Positions 20,698 through 30,487 of a stretch of DNA of 64,000 bases are shown piece after piece. The stretch comes from Granulicella sp. GTDB lineage: Bacteria > Acidobacteriota > Terriglobia > Terriglobales > Acidobacteriaceae. The translations under genes were made by a program, and so were the position numbers. The number at the start of each line of letters is the position of its first letter. The first letter of the stretch is position 1. The notes below the pieces were generated by a model. It saw only the letters and a program-made list of their open reading frames with translations, was not told the origin of the DNA and did not search any database. Where the stretch lies: positions 1-64,000 of the forward strand of contig DAHWNL010000009.1 of the NCBI GenBank assembly GCA_027339965.1, written 5' to 3'.

Positions 20698-22068
20698 ATG
20701 GCTCGTGTCTATCCCTTTCGCGCACTCCGTTATGACTCCACTCGCGTCCCCATGGAGGACGTTGTTACCCAGCCCTACGACAAGATCACTCCTGCCATGC
20801 AGGATGCCTACTACGCGGCCAACCCTTACAACTTGATCCGAGTCATTCTGGGCCGCCAGCTTCCCACCGACAACGACGCCGAAAACGTCTATACCCGCGC
20901 CGCGGCGACGCTGAAGGAGTGGCGCTCGGAGGGCATCCTCAAGGAGGAGTCTGAACCAGCCCTTTACGGGTACTCCCAGACCTATACCGTGCCAGGAAGC
21001 ACTGGTGAGGATGGAACCGGAACAAGTCGCGAGCGGCGGGGATTCATCGCTCTCGGCCAGCTCCATGATTACGCTGACCATGTGGTCTACCGGCACGAAC
21101 AGACATTCCCCAAGCACAAATCTGACCGGCTTGCACTCTTCAAGGCCACTCGCGCCTATTGCGAGCAGATTTACATGCTCTACTCCGACCCGACCTTTAC
21201 TGCGGAAAAAGCAATCTTCGAGTCCGGAGCCGCGCCCGATCTTGAGATTACGGATGAGTACGGCGTCCTGCACAGGGTGTGGAAGCTCACCCAGCCGGCC
21301 CTGATCCTTCGCGTCCTGGAAGCCATGTCTGACAAGTGGCTTTTGATCGCCGATGGCCATCACCGGTACGAGACATCCACGGCTTACATGCACGAGCGTG
21401 CAACGCAGCTCGGAGTGAAGCCAGACGCGCCGCCAACCGTGACGTCGACCGACCTTCCCCAGCCGGCCTTCCCTGAGCAGGCCATGATGATGACCTTCGT
21501 GAACATGGACGCGCCCGGTATCACCATCCTCCCTACGCACCGCGTAGCCTGCGGCCTGACAGGCTTCAATGCCCGCGAGTTCGCGGCCCGGGCAGAAGAG
21601 TACTTCATCGTCACAGAAATCCCTGCCGACCCCAGCGGCTCGGCTCCGGAGGCGAAAACTCTACTGCACCGCCTGGGACAGAGCCAGGGAGTCGCCTTCG
21701 TGGCTGCCACTCGCGACGGCAACTTTTTGCTGGAACCCCGGTCAGAGGCGATTGTCCCCCTGCTCTCCGGCCTCTCAGAGCGTCAACAGCAGCTCGACGT
21801 CACCCAACTGCACAAGGTGGTTCTCGAGAACATTCTGGGGCTTAGCGAGGAGACGATTCGCGCAGGCTCCCACATCCGTTACCTCCGCGAAGCTTCTGAA
21901 GCCCTGGCCCAGGTAGCGAGCGGCGATGCTGACGTAGCGTTTCTGATCAAGCCGGTGAGCTTGGAGCAAATGAAGAACCTCTCCCTGAATTTGGAAGTGA
22001 TGCCCCAGAAGTCCACTGACTTTTATCCCAAGCTCCTGAGCGGTCTGGCGATGTACGCACTTGATTAG
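20698..22068 (+). CDS. DUF1015 family protein (ParB/Srx-like)
   Basis: PFRALRY, QPYDKI, HEQTF, IADGHHRYET, PTHR, MPQKSTDFYPKLLSGL. Confidence 0.9.
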   Translation: MARVYPFRALRYDSTRVPMEDVVTQPYDKITPAMQDAYYAANPYNLIRVILGRQLPTDNDAENVYTRAAATLKEWRSEGILKEESEPALYGYSQTYTVPGSTGEDGTGTSRERRGFIALGQLHDYADHVVYRHEQTFPKHKSDRLALFKATRAYCEQIYMLYSDPTFTAEKAIFESGAAPDLEITDEYGVLHRVWKLTQPALILRVLEAMSDKWLLIADGHHRYETSTAYMHERATQLGVKPDAPPTVTSTDLPQPAFPEQAMMMTFVNMDAPGITILPTHRVACGLTGFNAREFAARAEEYFIVTEIPADPSGSAPEAKTLLHRLGQSQGVAFVAATRDGNFLLEPRSEAIVPLLSGLSERQQQLDVTQLHKVVLENILGLSEETIRAGSHIRYLREASEALAQVASGDADVAFLIKPVSLEQMKNLSLNLEVMPQKSTDFYPKLLSGLAMYALD

Positions 22069-22251
22069 CTCGGCAGAGCGAAGATCGATGAACCGCTCAG
22101 GCTCTCCGACCAGCGAGTTTGTGAGTGCCTTCTTCTCGGCAGCATTCCGACGTGCGGCGTGCCGCGGATGCTGCCGGGCGGCCATCGGCGATCAGATCGC
22201 CTCGCACAATCAACGGCCGGAAGACGAATCTCCGGCGAGACAAAATGGGTC
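21970..22251 (+). repeat. Diverged direct repeat, copy 1 (DUF1015 3' end and downstream sequence)
   Basis: Colinear with 38221-38505; shared exact blocks include GGCGATGTACGCACTTGATT, TTTGTGAGTGCCTT, CGCGGATGCTGCCGGGCGGCCAT, CAGATCGCCTC. Confidence 0.9.
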
Positions 22252-22395
22252 CTCAGCCTCCAACCGCGCTTTACCCGCCAGCTAGGTCGCGTCGTAACAT
22301 CGACCGAATTGCCGTGACCTGCTTTCAACTGGCGGCAGGACATGCCCTGAGACGTATCAGACCCGTGAAATGTATTACTCATCAGGGCCGGATTG

Positions 22396-23124
22396 CTAAT
22401 GTGTCGACGAGAGAGAAAAATTCTGACGGATATAATTCAGACCGAACTCCGGGAGATCCGCCTCCATCAGACTCCCAGTATCATCAACGTAGGCCTGTCC
22501 TTGGCTCTTCTGGAAGTATAGAATGTACGTCTTAAGCGCAATCCCTTTACCATCGAACGTTCCCTTTGCACCGTCGCTAGGTTGCACTTTTACATAGAGA
22601 AAGTGAGTTTGAGGATCAAACGGGCCTGGGGGAACCATGAGCAGATAGAGAGAGTTTGGGTGCGGATGGCTTTGGATAGCATTCATCAGAATCTGAATGG
22701 CAGACGGGTCCCCGTCGCAAGCAAATAACACATCCGGCTTCGGTAAAGGCATTGCAGTAGGCATGCTCGCAGCCCCGGGAATAATGGTAACCGTCTCGAT
22801 CTCGCTGCGCTTTCTTGTAGGTTCGAAGTTCAAAGTCTTCTGCGCAGTTACGTCCTGGACGGAAGCGGATTGCAGGTTATCAGTATCATCCACCTTGTAA
22901 GAAAAGTTATATTGCCCTTGTTGTTTCGAGTCGATATCGAATTGGAAGTCTCCCTGCAGGGCGTCTCCTTTACTGGATTGCTTGATTGAGTAAGAAGCTT
23001 TGCCTGCGTTTTTTCCACTCGTGTTTGACACCAGAGTGAAGTGATTGTCTTTTTTGTTCGATGCCATCACCGGAAGCGATAGCGATGTCACAACCATCAG
23101 AGCGACAGCAGTACCAAGGTTCAT
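22396..23124 (-). CDS. Hypothetical secreted beta-rich protein
   Basis: 242-aa ORF with SD GAGGA and a cleavable signal peptide (..LPVMA/SN); no family recognised. Confidence 0.7.
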   Translation of the reverse strand: MNLGTAVALMVVTSLSLPVMASNKKDNHFTLVSNTSGKNAGKASYSIKQSSKGDALQGDFQFDIDSKQQGQYNFSYKVDDTDNLQSASVQDVTAQKTLNFEPTRKRSEIETVTIIPGAASMPTAMPLPKPDVLFACDGDPSAIQILMNAIQSHPHPNSLYLLMVPPGPFDPQTHFLYVKVQPSDGAKGTFDGKGIALKTYILYFQKSQGQAYVDDTGSLMEADLPEFGLNYIRQNFSLSSTH

Positions 23125-23284
23125 GTAAGTATCCTCAGGTGAGAGATTGATGTTTCCGTCCAGACGCTATCCGGCAGGACATGTGCGAACATCGTGGGAC
23201 GTTCGGCTTCAACTTTACATTTCACAACAGATTCATCACACCATCGCGCAAATGATTGGATCGTCGTCTTCACTCCGTCTCTGT

Positions 23285-23308
23285 TAAAGGTGTATCTAAA
23301 GGTGTATC
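23285..23308. repeat. Tandem 12-bp direct repeat (TAAAGGTGTATC x2)
   Basis: Two perfect adjacent copies, followed by hairpin GAGTCTCC-TCGG-GGAGACTC (23316-23335). Confidence 0.8.
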
Positions 23309-24113
23309 ACTCTCTGAGTCTCCTCGGGGAGACTCGCTCGATGCTTCTTTGTCGCCATTTGGATCTGCGACGCATCTCGCGTCGGCGGCGGCAGTTTTTA
23401 TGCTACGGATCGACACACGGTCGTCTGGATCTTGTCCAAGGCTGTTTGGAAGAGCCTTGGCAGCCGCTCTCCTACAGGGTAACCCAACCAGAGATCAATC
23501 TGAGCCCGTCGGCTTCTGAAGGCGGCGGGCACTTTCGATCAGGACGGTGCTACCGTCACCCGGCCATGCTTCTATCGCCGTGGCCATGCGGAAGCCCGGA
23601 GTTTACGGTGAGCTCCTGGGGCAAGGAAACAGAATCGGCGGCCTGTTCCCTGGCAAGACGGCCTCTTCTCCGACAAGACCTTGCTGCTCTCCCACTCGAC
23701 GGCCAGCTTGTGGAGGCCAGTTAGACTCCAGGCGTTTGCTGCCAAGCAGAGACTGCCATCTTTTTCTCTCTTTTGGCTTCCGGATCTCCTCTCAAGATAT
23801 TGGATGCAAGACTTTTTGCTTCCTTCCAGAATAATCGGGAGGCTGGTCGGGCGGACCCATGTACACCCTGGTTACCGCGCGGAATGGGAGAGATCGCTTC
23901 CATCGCCGCAAGAGGAACCTTCCCTACATGAGGGATGTGCGGCGGCAGCAGGCGAGTTGCCTGAGCTCGCAACTGAATCCGCTTCACTCGCCAACATTCA
24001 GGATCTTCCTTTAGACCTATCAACAGGTACAGCCGCAACAGGCTTCCTGCTATCTTCGTTGCCCCGTCCTCCAGTCTCTTCAACCATTTTTTCACCACGC
24101 CGAGTTCTCGAAC

Positions 24114-26261
24114 TCACCCATCCTGCTTTGACCGGATACGAGTTCTGAGCCCTGCGGGCTTTGTCGGTATCAGATCCCACTCATCCGCTCCAAGCCTTTG
24201 CAAGTGAAACTCACGGCTCGGGTCCTGCAAGGCCGGTTTCACGCCCTCCGGGAAGGCCCTGCTCATTCTTGCCTCTTCCCATTGCTTGACGGCATCCAGG
24301 ATAGCCAACTCCTCGTCGTCCATCGGTCCCAAGCCTCGATCTAGACCATGCGAAGCCTTCCCATATCCCAACACTAAGGTGAAGCCTGCATCAAAGCCAG
24401 CCGCTCGCGCCAGAAGCCACTCGATATCCGCCAGAGTTGTCTTTTCATTCAAATTGAACCAGCCTAGCATCGGCGGAAGGAAGTTCCGAGCATAGAAGAT
24501 CTGGCTTTGAAATCGCCGCAAAGCTTGACTGTCACGGAAGCTCCCCCACCATGGCTCCCCCCAGTTGAAACGCGTAGCGCTATGCCACGTGAAATGGTAG
24601 ACGCGGGAGCCACTTGTGATGACGTGACCTTGCAGCTCCTTCTTCAAACTCTCATACCAGAACTTTGTGAACAGCGAACAGCCGTACTGTCCCAGCCCCG
24701 TCGAGTAGTTGCCCTCCAGCCCATCGAAGGAAAGCATCGTACTACCGACGGCATTACAAACTTCGGCAATGTTTTCGGCAACCTGCCGGGAAAGGGCTAT
24801 ATCTGTCAAAAACACCTTGTACGGATGATCTGCCAGTTTCCAGACCGAGTCCTTCATTCGATGCGAAGCCGCCTTTGTGCCCCATGCGCCGCGCTCACAA
24901 CCAAGCAACTTCCAGGGTTCAGTCTTTGAGACACTGCCATATCGGATCAGCTCCTTGTCAATCACAACGGTATTCAGTGTCGTCAACTGCTCAAAGAATT
25001 CTATATCTTCAACTGGAATCTCCGTGGACTCGGCGCTGATACCCTCGGTCAGTCTGCTCGATCCAATCTTCGCTAGATGATCATCCGGGATGGGCGTCAC
25101 ATACGCATCATTTGGGGTGATAAAGTTTGACAACATGTGAATGCCGACACCTATGCCTGCGCTCCGAGCTTTTTGCACACAAGTGTGAAACCCGGCAATG
25201 CCACTGGGAAACAGCTCGGGCTTCACTTTGAAATGCCCCCAGCTCTCAAATGGGTCTGTGTGGCGAAGATCTTTCAATCCGGTCAGGTGGGTTATCTTGA
25301 TAGCCTCGTCGATGCTGTCTTCTCCAAAATCAAAACTCAGAAAGGAGGCAGTCGCATCCTTATCTACTTTCCACCATCTTCCATTGATCATAGGATGCGG
25401 CAGGTCTTCAGTTACTTCAATCTCACCAAGCGTTGTTAGCGCTTCTTTCGATGAACAAGCGAAAAGAGCAATTTTGCTCCCAAGCAGCCCTCCATCATCA
25501 AATGGCTCTACAACAAACTTTTTGTACATCCAATTCTTGATGGTCTTTTCGCGATTTCGGTTCCTGGTGTACGCCTGCAACGTGCTGCCAAAGGTTGTAT
25601 GCCTTGCAACATCTCCACGCCAGGTCTGATTCTTAGCTAGCGCAACTGGAAGCAATTCGTAAACCCCGGGATCATCCGCTTTCCACTTCAAAGGAATATC
25701 ATCCTCAGCATTCGGATAGCCGCCAATCGTCTTGGGATTAAGACACTGAATGCCCACTGCGTAGTTCGCATTCCGCACAACACCCACAACCTCACCAACA
25801 ATGTCCCCAATGCCAATTGGATACGGACCCCATAGCACTAGCTCCACATCCTTCTTGGATCGCAGTCCAATCAGTTCCAGCGTTATATGTGTTTGTTTTA
25901 CGAAGACTGCAATTACGGCTACAGCGTGAATCGCATCGTACTCCAGGTTTATCCAACTCTTCCGCCCATCCCAACTTGCCCTGCTCGCCGAAATTACGGT
26001 CTTATCCACCATTAGACTGAGCAGTGACGAAGGTGATGCATTGGATATCTGATTCTGCCCCTCGATGTTGACTTCTTTCAAGATCCCTTTTGAGTCAATT
26101 TCGAAGCTCGAAGTATTCGTCGTGAAGCTGGCCATCCGGCCAGACTCCCCCTCTTTATCTGAGTCTGAATGGATCGCGGCTCGCGCCTTCTTCGACGACC
26201 GGAGCAGGAAAATCGCAGCACTTAGCCGTGCAACATAGCCTGAAAACTCTCTACGATTCAT
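24114..26261 (-). CDS. Uncharacterised Tat-exported protein, possibly glycoside hydrolase-like
   Basis: 715-aa ORF; MNRREF twin-Arg signal; Trp/Gly-rich central region (WGHF, GIHMLSNF, SFDGLEG, NWGEPWW, PMLGWF); located in a sugar-utilisation cluster. Confidence 0.7.
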   Translation of the reverse strand: MNRREFSGYVARLSAAIFLLRSSKKARAAIHSDSDKEGESGRMASFTTNTSSFEIDSKGILKEVNIEGQNQISNASPSSLLSLMVDKTVISASRASWDGRKSWINLEYDAIHAVAVIAVFVKQTHITLELIGLRSKKDVELVLWGPYPIGIGDIVGEVVGVVRNANYAVGIQCLNPKTIGGYPNAEDDIPLKWKADDPGVYELLPVALAKNQTWRGDVARHTTFGSTLQAYTRNRNREKTIKNWMYKKFVVEPFDDGGLLGSKIALFACSSKEALTTLGEIEVTEDLPHPMINGRWWKVDKDATASFLSFDFGEDSIDEAIKITHLTGLKDLRHTDPFESWGHFKVKPELFPSGIAGFHTCVQKARSAGIGVGIHMLSNFITPNDAYVTPIPDDHLAKIGSSRLTEGISAESTEIPVEDIEFFEQLTTLNTVVIDKELIRYGSVSKTEPWKLLGCERGAWGTKAASHRMKDSVWKLADHPYKVFLTDIALSRQVAENIAEVCNAVGSTMLSFDGLEGNYSTGLGQYGCSLFTKFWYESLKKELQGHVITSGSRVYHFTWHSATRFNWGEPWWGSFRDSQALRRFQSQIFYARNFLPPMLGWFNLNEKTTLADIEWLLARAAGFDAGFTLVLGYGKASHGLDRGLGPMDDEELAILDAVKQWEEARMSRAFPEGVKPALQDPSREFHLQRLGADEWDLIPTKPAGLRTRIRSKQDG

Positions 26262-26469
26262 CCTTTTGGCCGCCTTCTTCTCAAGATCTTAGAGAAAGAT
26301 AGAATCTGCTCTGGAACGCAAGGAGAAGACACCCAAGTCAGGCCCACAAGGCAGATCTCCAGTCCGATGCTCTTTCCGTTTGCGCTGCGCAGTTTCATCG
26401 CTTACAAGGTATGCATCCCCCACGGAGGCACTCTCTTTACGACGACCGGCGTAGTCCGATGAATCGTTT

Positions 26470-29400
26470 TCATTGTACTTTTCCAACCTTTACTGCCTCG
26501 ATAGTCACCGGACCGACGAGTCCGGAAGGCAACAAAGGCGAATTCGCTTTGTATGGCTGGAAATCAATGTAGGTATAATGCTTTTTTGCGTCGGGCTGCA
26601 GATCGCCGATGATCCGATTCACCCACGCATTCGTTACCTTGACCTCAAGGCGATTCACGCCGGGGTGAAGCGCCCCGGTTGCATCAACCTGATACGGCGA
26701 ATGCCAGAGTATGCCGAGCCTGTGTCCGTTCACCGTTAGGTCAGCCAGGTTCTTCACGGAGCCCAGGTTGATCCATAGCTTTGTTCCTGGCTGGAACCAG
26801 CCAGCAGGTGCGTCAAACGTTTTGAAGTAGGTAGCTGTGCCAGAGAAGTATCTCACCCCTGGGTTCTGGCTATCACTCCACGATGCGAGCTTTTTCAGGC
26901 TGATTGACGAAGGTGCTCCCCAGTTCGAAGGGAAGCTGACTTTCCACGTCCCCTGAATATCGGCTAGGGTCTGCTTTTGCTCCTTCGGAGCCAGCCACGA
27001 GGTTGTCTGTGCTTTTCCTCGAAAGACGACAAAAATCGACTCCCACGGCTCAAGATGAAGTGGGACTCTCGTGCGCCCGTCGGCGATTGTATAGGATAGG
27101 GGTTCAATGTTCCCTGTATCCGCTCGCCACAGCCGTGGGATCATACCATTGACGCGAAAGCTGGCTTCCGTGTCAATTATGCCGCCGCTGCGATTATCGA
27201 TAAAGTAGATCTCGGCATCAGCAAGGTGCCGGTGAATGAATGGGATATCGATCGGACCTTGGCCTCCCTCTGCATAGACCAGATCTGGTGGAGCATTCAT
27301 CTCATGAAGAGCATCCGCAGGCGTCTGGCCGGCATAAACGGTTCCCTTTCCAATATGGTGGATCCCTGTCCCGTTCCCGAACATCTCCTGTACGAGGGAC
27401 CGGAATCCTGCTTGATTGTCGGCCAGGCTTGGATCGTCAATCGGCTCCGGACCGGCCACGACAGCTCCTTTTGCGACTAGCTTGTAGATCGCTTCCAAAA
27501 CCGGGAGCGACATGTGCCGGCTATTCTGATTGAGGCCAAGAATTCTGTATGTAACGCCCCCCGGGGTCGTGATCTGGTCACTTTGGTTCACACCGAGTGC
27601 ATGGAGGAGCGTATCAGCATTGACATAATCAAAGCTGTACCCCTCCGGGACATTCGGCGCTCGATGCTGATAGAGGGCGGTGAGATTGGTATCCTGCCCG
27701 TAGTAATAGAGGAGATCGGCTACATATTGCCCCTGTTGCAGCATATAGCTGTTGCGGGCAAGGTAGGTTACCCATGGGCCTGCTTGGTTTGCCCATGTCT
27801 CATTTCGATTGAACCATTGGCCAAAGATCCCCAAGGTGAGACCAGGTTTTTTGTTCAGCAGTGGCTGCTCAGCGGATTCGTGGATGAAGATACGATTGAT
27901 ACCATTCAGAAATTCCTGGTCCGCTGTCGCACGCAGGGACGCCGGCGACCAGGACCACGGAGCTACGGCAGTCGTCATGGACTCAGCCGCGGTGAGCTTT
28001 CTGCCATAAATGTGCGCAACTGACGCAGACTCCCTGTCATCCGCATTGTAGTCGTACTGAATCGGACTCTGGCCGGGGCGCGGAACCCACATGGCCCCCA
28101 TTGGAACCTGACACCTCTGCTTGACTTGCATTCCGTCTGCCACGAAAGCGCGTCCATACTCATCCGACTCACAATACTGAATCAGACCCGCCTGCTCCAG
28201 AACGTTTTGAATGACGCCAAAGTGTTGGCTTGCAATCAAATCCCCGATCGTTTGGCGAAAGTCCCAGAGGAAACGGTCGCTCTCTTCTGAGCTTCCCACC
28301 ACAGTTCCGGTAAGCACTGGCATCCAGGGAGTCGGATCATAACCGCGAAGTTGTTTGAACTTCTGTACCATGTCTTCGGTCCAATTCTGAGATCCAGCCT
28401 CCCAGCTATCCGTCGTGACGCTCGTGATGCCTCGTTTGCCCATATTGCTGGGACCAACTGTAGCCTTGTATGTGCCCAGGTAGGTGTTCATATATCGCTG
28501 AACAGCCTGCCCATCCAGCTTATCCACTTCCAAGCCGGTTGATTCGGCAGGAGCGGGATGGTTTGTTGATCCAAGCAAACTATAGCCAAAGCGGAGAATT
28601 GCCCAGCGTCCCGCTGGGGGCGTCCAGTCTAGATGCCCGTCGGACCTCATCCTGGCGGTTAGATCAATCACATCCCCTCTTGGCACGACGCTGTCAGCGC
28701 CGTAAGTCGGCGTGGGGAATTGATAAAGATCCGCGGTCGGAACAAAAGCAGCCTTCTGCTCAAAGTGATTTACCCGCGCGCCCGGATGCAGGACCATCTC
28801 GGCAATGTTGTAGCAGCCCGAATTGTTCGTCTGGTCGCATGTCAAGGCGTGGCTCTCACCGCTTGGCCCAACTTTCGCCCATCTCGCACCTCGCTGCCTT
28901 TGCTGGAATACCACTCGAAAATACGTTGAAGTAGCGGGAGGGAAGGAGATAGTCATCTCCGGGGAGCCAGTCGGGTCGATGCCAGTCACACTATGCCAGT
29001 TGGCTCCATCGTCGCTCGCATCGATCGAGACGATTGGTTCAGAAACTCCATATTTTGCTGCCACAGCACGGCTGATCGGCTGTAGCACAAGAGTCATCGC
29101 GCGAACGGTAACTGGGGAGGGAAACTGATACTGAATCCAAGCGGACTTATCTCCCGGCGGTATCGGGAGTGGGGTCGTCTTCACGAGGTTGCCGTCTGTA
29201 AGCAGAGAATAGTCCGGGCTACCACCACTACTGCTCATGATTGGATGCAACGACTCCAGCGATACGTCGGTTTTCGCTAAACGATAGGCGATCACCAGAG
29301 TGTCCTGATAGTAATTTGGAACCGATTTGGATGCGGTTGGAGACCTGTGCGCTGGGTCAGGTGGCTCATCTTGAAAGGCGCCTGTCATTCCAGGGGGCTG

Positions 29401-29898
29401 CGGCAGTTGCCCGTCGAAGCGCTGGTTGCCGGGCACGATCACCTCACTCCAGACATATTTCTTCATCCCGTCAGCCGGCATCACCCACGGTCCTCCGCTC
29501 TCACTCCATCCCGGAGAAGTATCGATGGACTCTCTCATACCAAGCTCTTCCGCAAGCTTGGTAGCATAAAGGAAATCGCTCTTCCACGCAGGAGTCATAT
29601 AAATCGCCGGGCTTGGAACGATCTGCGGCGTTGCAATCGAGGCATCAATGGTGTCCATCCCAGCTATACCGATCCGATGCATCCACTGAAGATCGAGTTG
29701 AATCCCCTGCCGGGTGACATTCCCGTTCATCCAGTGCCACCATACTCGCGGCTGCGCGCTCTGCGGTGGATGCTGGAAGCCAGCAGCAAGAGATGTATTG
29801 CCTGAAGCCGCGCTCGGAACTCCCTGTGACAATGCAACCTGGACCAAGGCCGGGGATACCGCCACCAATACCATCCATGACTTCCATCTAACGCCCAT
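26470..29898 (-). CDS. GH106 alpha-L-rhamnosidase-like glycoside hydrolase
   Basis: PRVWWHWMNGN, SPGWSESGGPW, GLEVDKL, TDSWEAG, ASVAHIYG, AAESMT, LLPSGLVGPV; start MGVRWK after SD GGAGG; signal peptide. Confidence 0.9.
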   Translation of the reverse strand: MGVRWKSWMVLVAVSPALVQVALSQGVPSAASGNTSLAAGFQHPPQSAQPRVWWHWMNGNVTRQGIQLDLQWMHRIGIAGMDTIDASIATPQIVPSPAIYMTPAWKSDFLYATKLAEELGMRESIDTSPGWSESGGPWVMPADGMKKYVWSEVIVPGNQRFDGQLPQPPGMTGAFQDEPPDPAHRSPTASKSVPNYYQDTLVIAYRLAKTDVSLESLHPIMSSSGGSPDYSLLTDGNLVKTTPLPIPPGDKSAWIQYQFPSPVTVRAMTLVLQPISRAVAAKYGVSEPIVSIDASDDGANWHSVTGIDPTGSPEMTISFPPATSTYFRVVFQQRQRGARWAKVGPSGESHALTCDQTNNSGCYNIAEMVLHPGARVNHFEQKAAFVPTADLYQFPTPTYGADSVVPRGDVIDLTARMRSDGHLDWTPPAGRWAILRFGYSLLGSTNHPAPAESTGLEVDKLDGQAVQRYMNTYLGTYKATVGPSNMGKRGITSVTTDSWEAGSQNWTEDMVQKFKQLRGYDPTPWMPVLTGTVVGSSEESDRFLWDFRQTIGDLIASQHFGVIQNVLEQAGLIQYCESDEYGRAFVADGMQVKQRCQVPMGAMWVPRPGQSPIQYDYNADDRESASVAHIYGRKLTAAESMTTAVAPWSWSPASLRATADQEFLNGINRIFIHESAEQPLLNKKPGLTLGIFGQWFNRNETWANQAGPWVTYLARNSYMLQQGQYVADLLYYYGQDTNLTALYQHRAPNVPEGYSFDYVNADTLLHALGVNQSDQITTPGGVTYRILGLNQNSRHMSLPVLEAIYKLVAKGAVVAGPEPIDDPSLADNQAGFRSLVQEMFGNGTGIHHIGKGTVYAGQTPADALHEMNAPPDLVYAEGGQGPIDIPFIHRHLADAEIYFIDNRSGGIIDTEASFRVNGMIPRLWRADTGNIEPLSYTIADGRTRVPLHLEPWESIFVVFRGKAQTTSWLAPKEQKQTLADIQGTWKVSFPSNWGAPSSISLKKLASWSDSQNPGVRYFSGTATYFKTFDAPAGWFQPGTKLWINLGSVKNLADLTVNGHRLGILWHSPYQVDATGALHPGVNRLEVKVTNAWVNRIIGDLQPDAKKHYTYIDFQPYKANSPLLPSGLVGPVTIEAVKVGKVQ

Positions 29899-30487
29899 CT
29901 CCGCTCCTCCTAGCATCAATTCGGGATGAAACCAGCGCACCTGCACGCCACAGCACACAACCCCACGAGATCCAGTGTCATCTATTGCCTGCCGATCTCG
30001 AGTGCGGATATCGCGTCTCTCGTCACTTCATCCTACACCGGTGGAGAATGCGCGTCTTCCAAGATAAGGATGACCGAACTTTGGTTCCGTCGATTCTGAT
30101 CATTTGTGGCCTTTATGGAACATTCTGGACGATGCATGGCAATGGCGGTGGAAATGCACTTCTCCCTCTCTCGCAATGAGTAAGGAAGGCGTCCTAGCCT
30201 CGCCTGGAACCGCATGGGTTGAACTCGATCCTCCGGCCACTCTATCTTCTATCAGTTTCTATCCAACGCCACTCGCTTCACGCTGGGCCCTCCCTAAAGA
30301 TTGCACGGCTGCAGATTCGTGTCTAAGACACTGAGAATGCATGGAGTCGACAAGCTTCAGGGCAATAGCGCCTGTTGAACGCCACCTCTCCGCTGCCATC
30401 GCTGCAATTGCTTTTTGTTGGGGTTCGCTCCACCAGTGATTGCCAGCTTTGACATGAAGCCCTCGGAAAACCCGGCCCATATCCTTC

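Noticed and set aside
22065..22382. Small ORFs within the duplicated segment downstream of DUF1015, including an in-frame TGA shared by both copies
   Set aside because: No single reading frame is preserved across both copies, and there is no SECIS-like or family evidence for recoding.
23721..24098. 125-aa ORF with KKWLKRLEDG, faintly like a group II intron reverse transcriptase
   Set aside because: No PQG or YADD motifs and no intron domain V seen; resemblance too weak to call.
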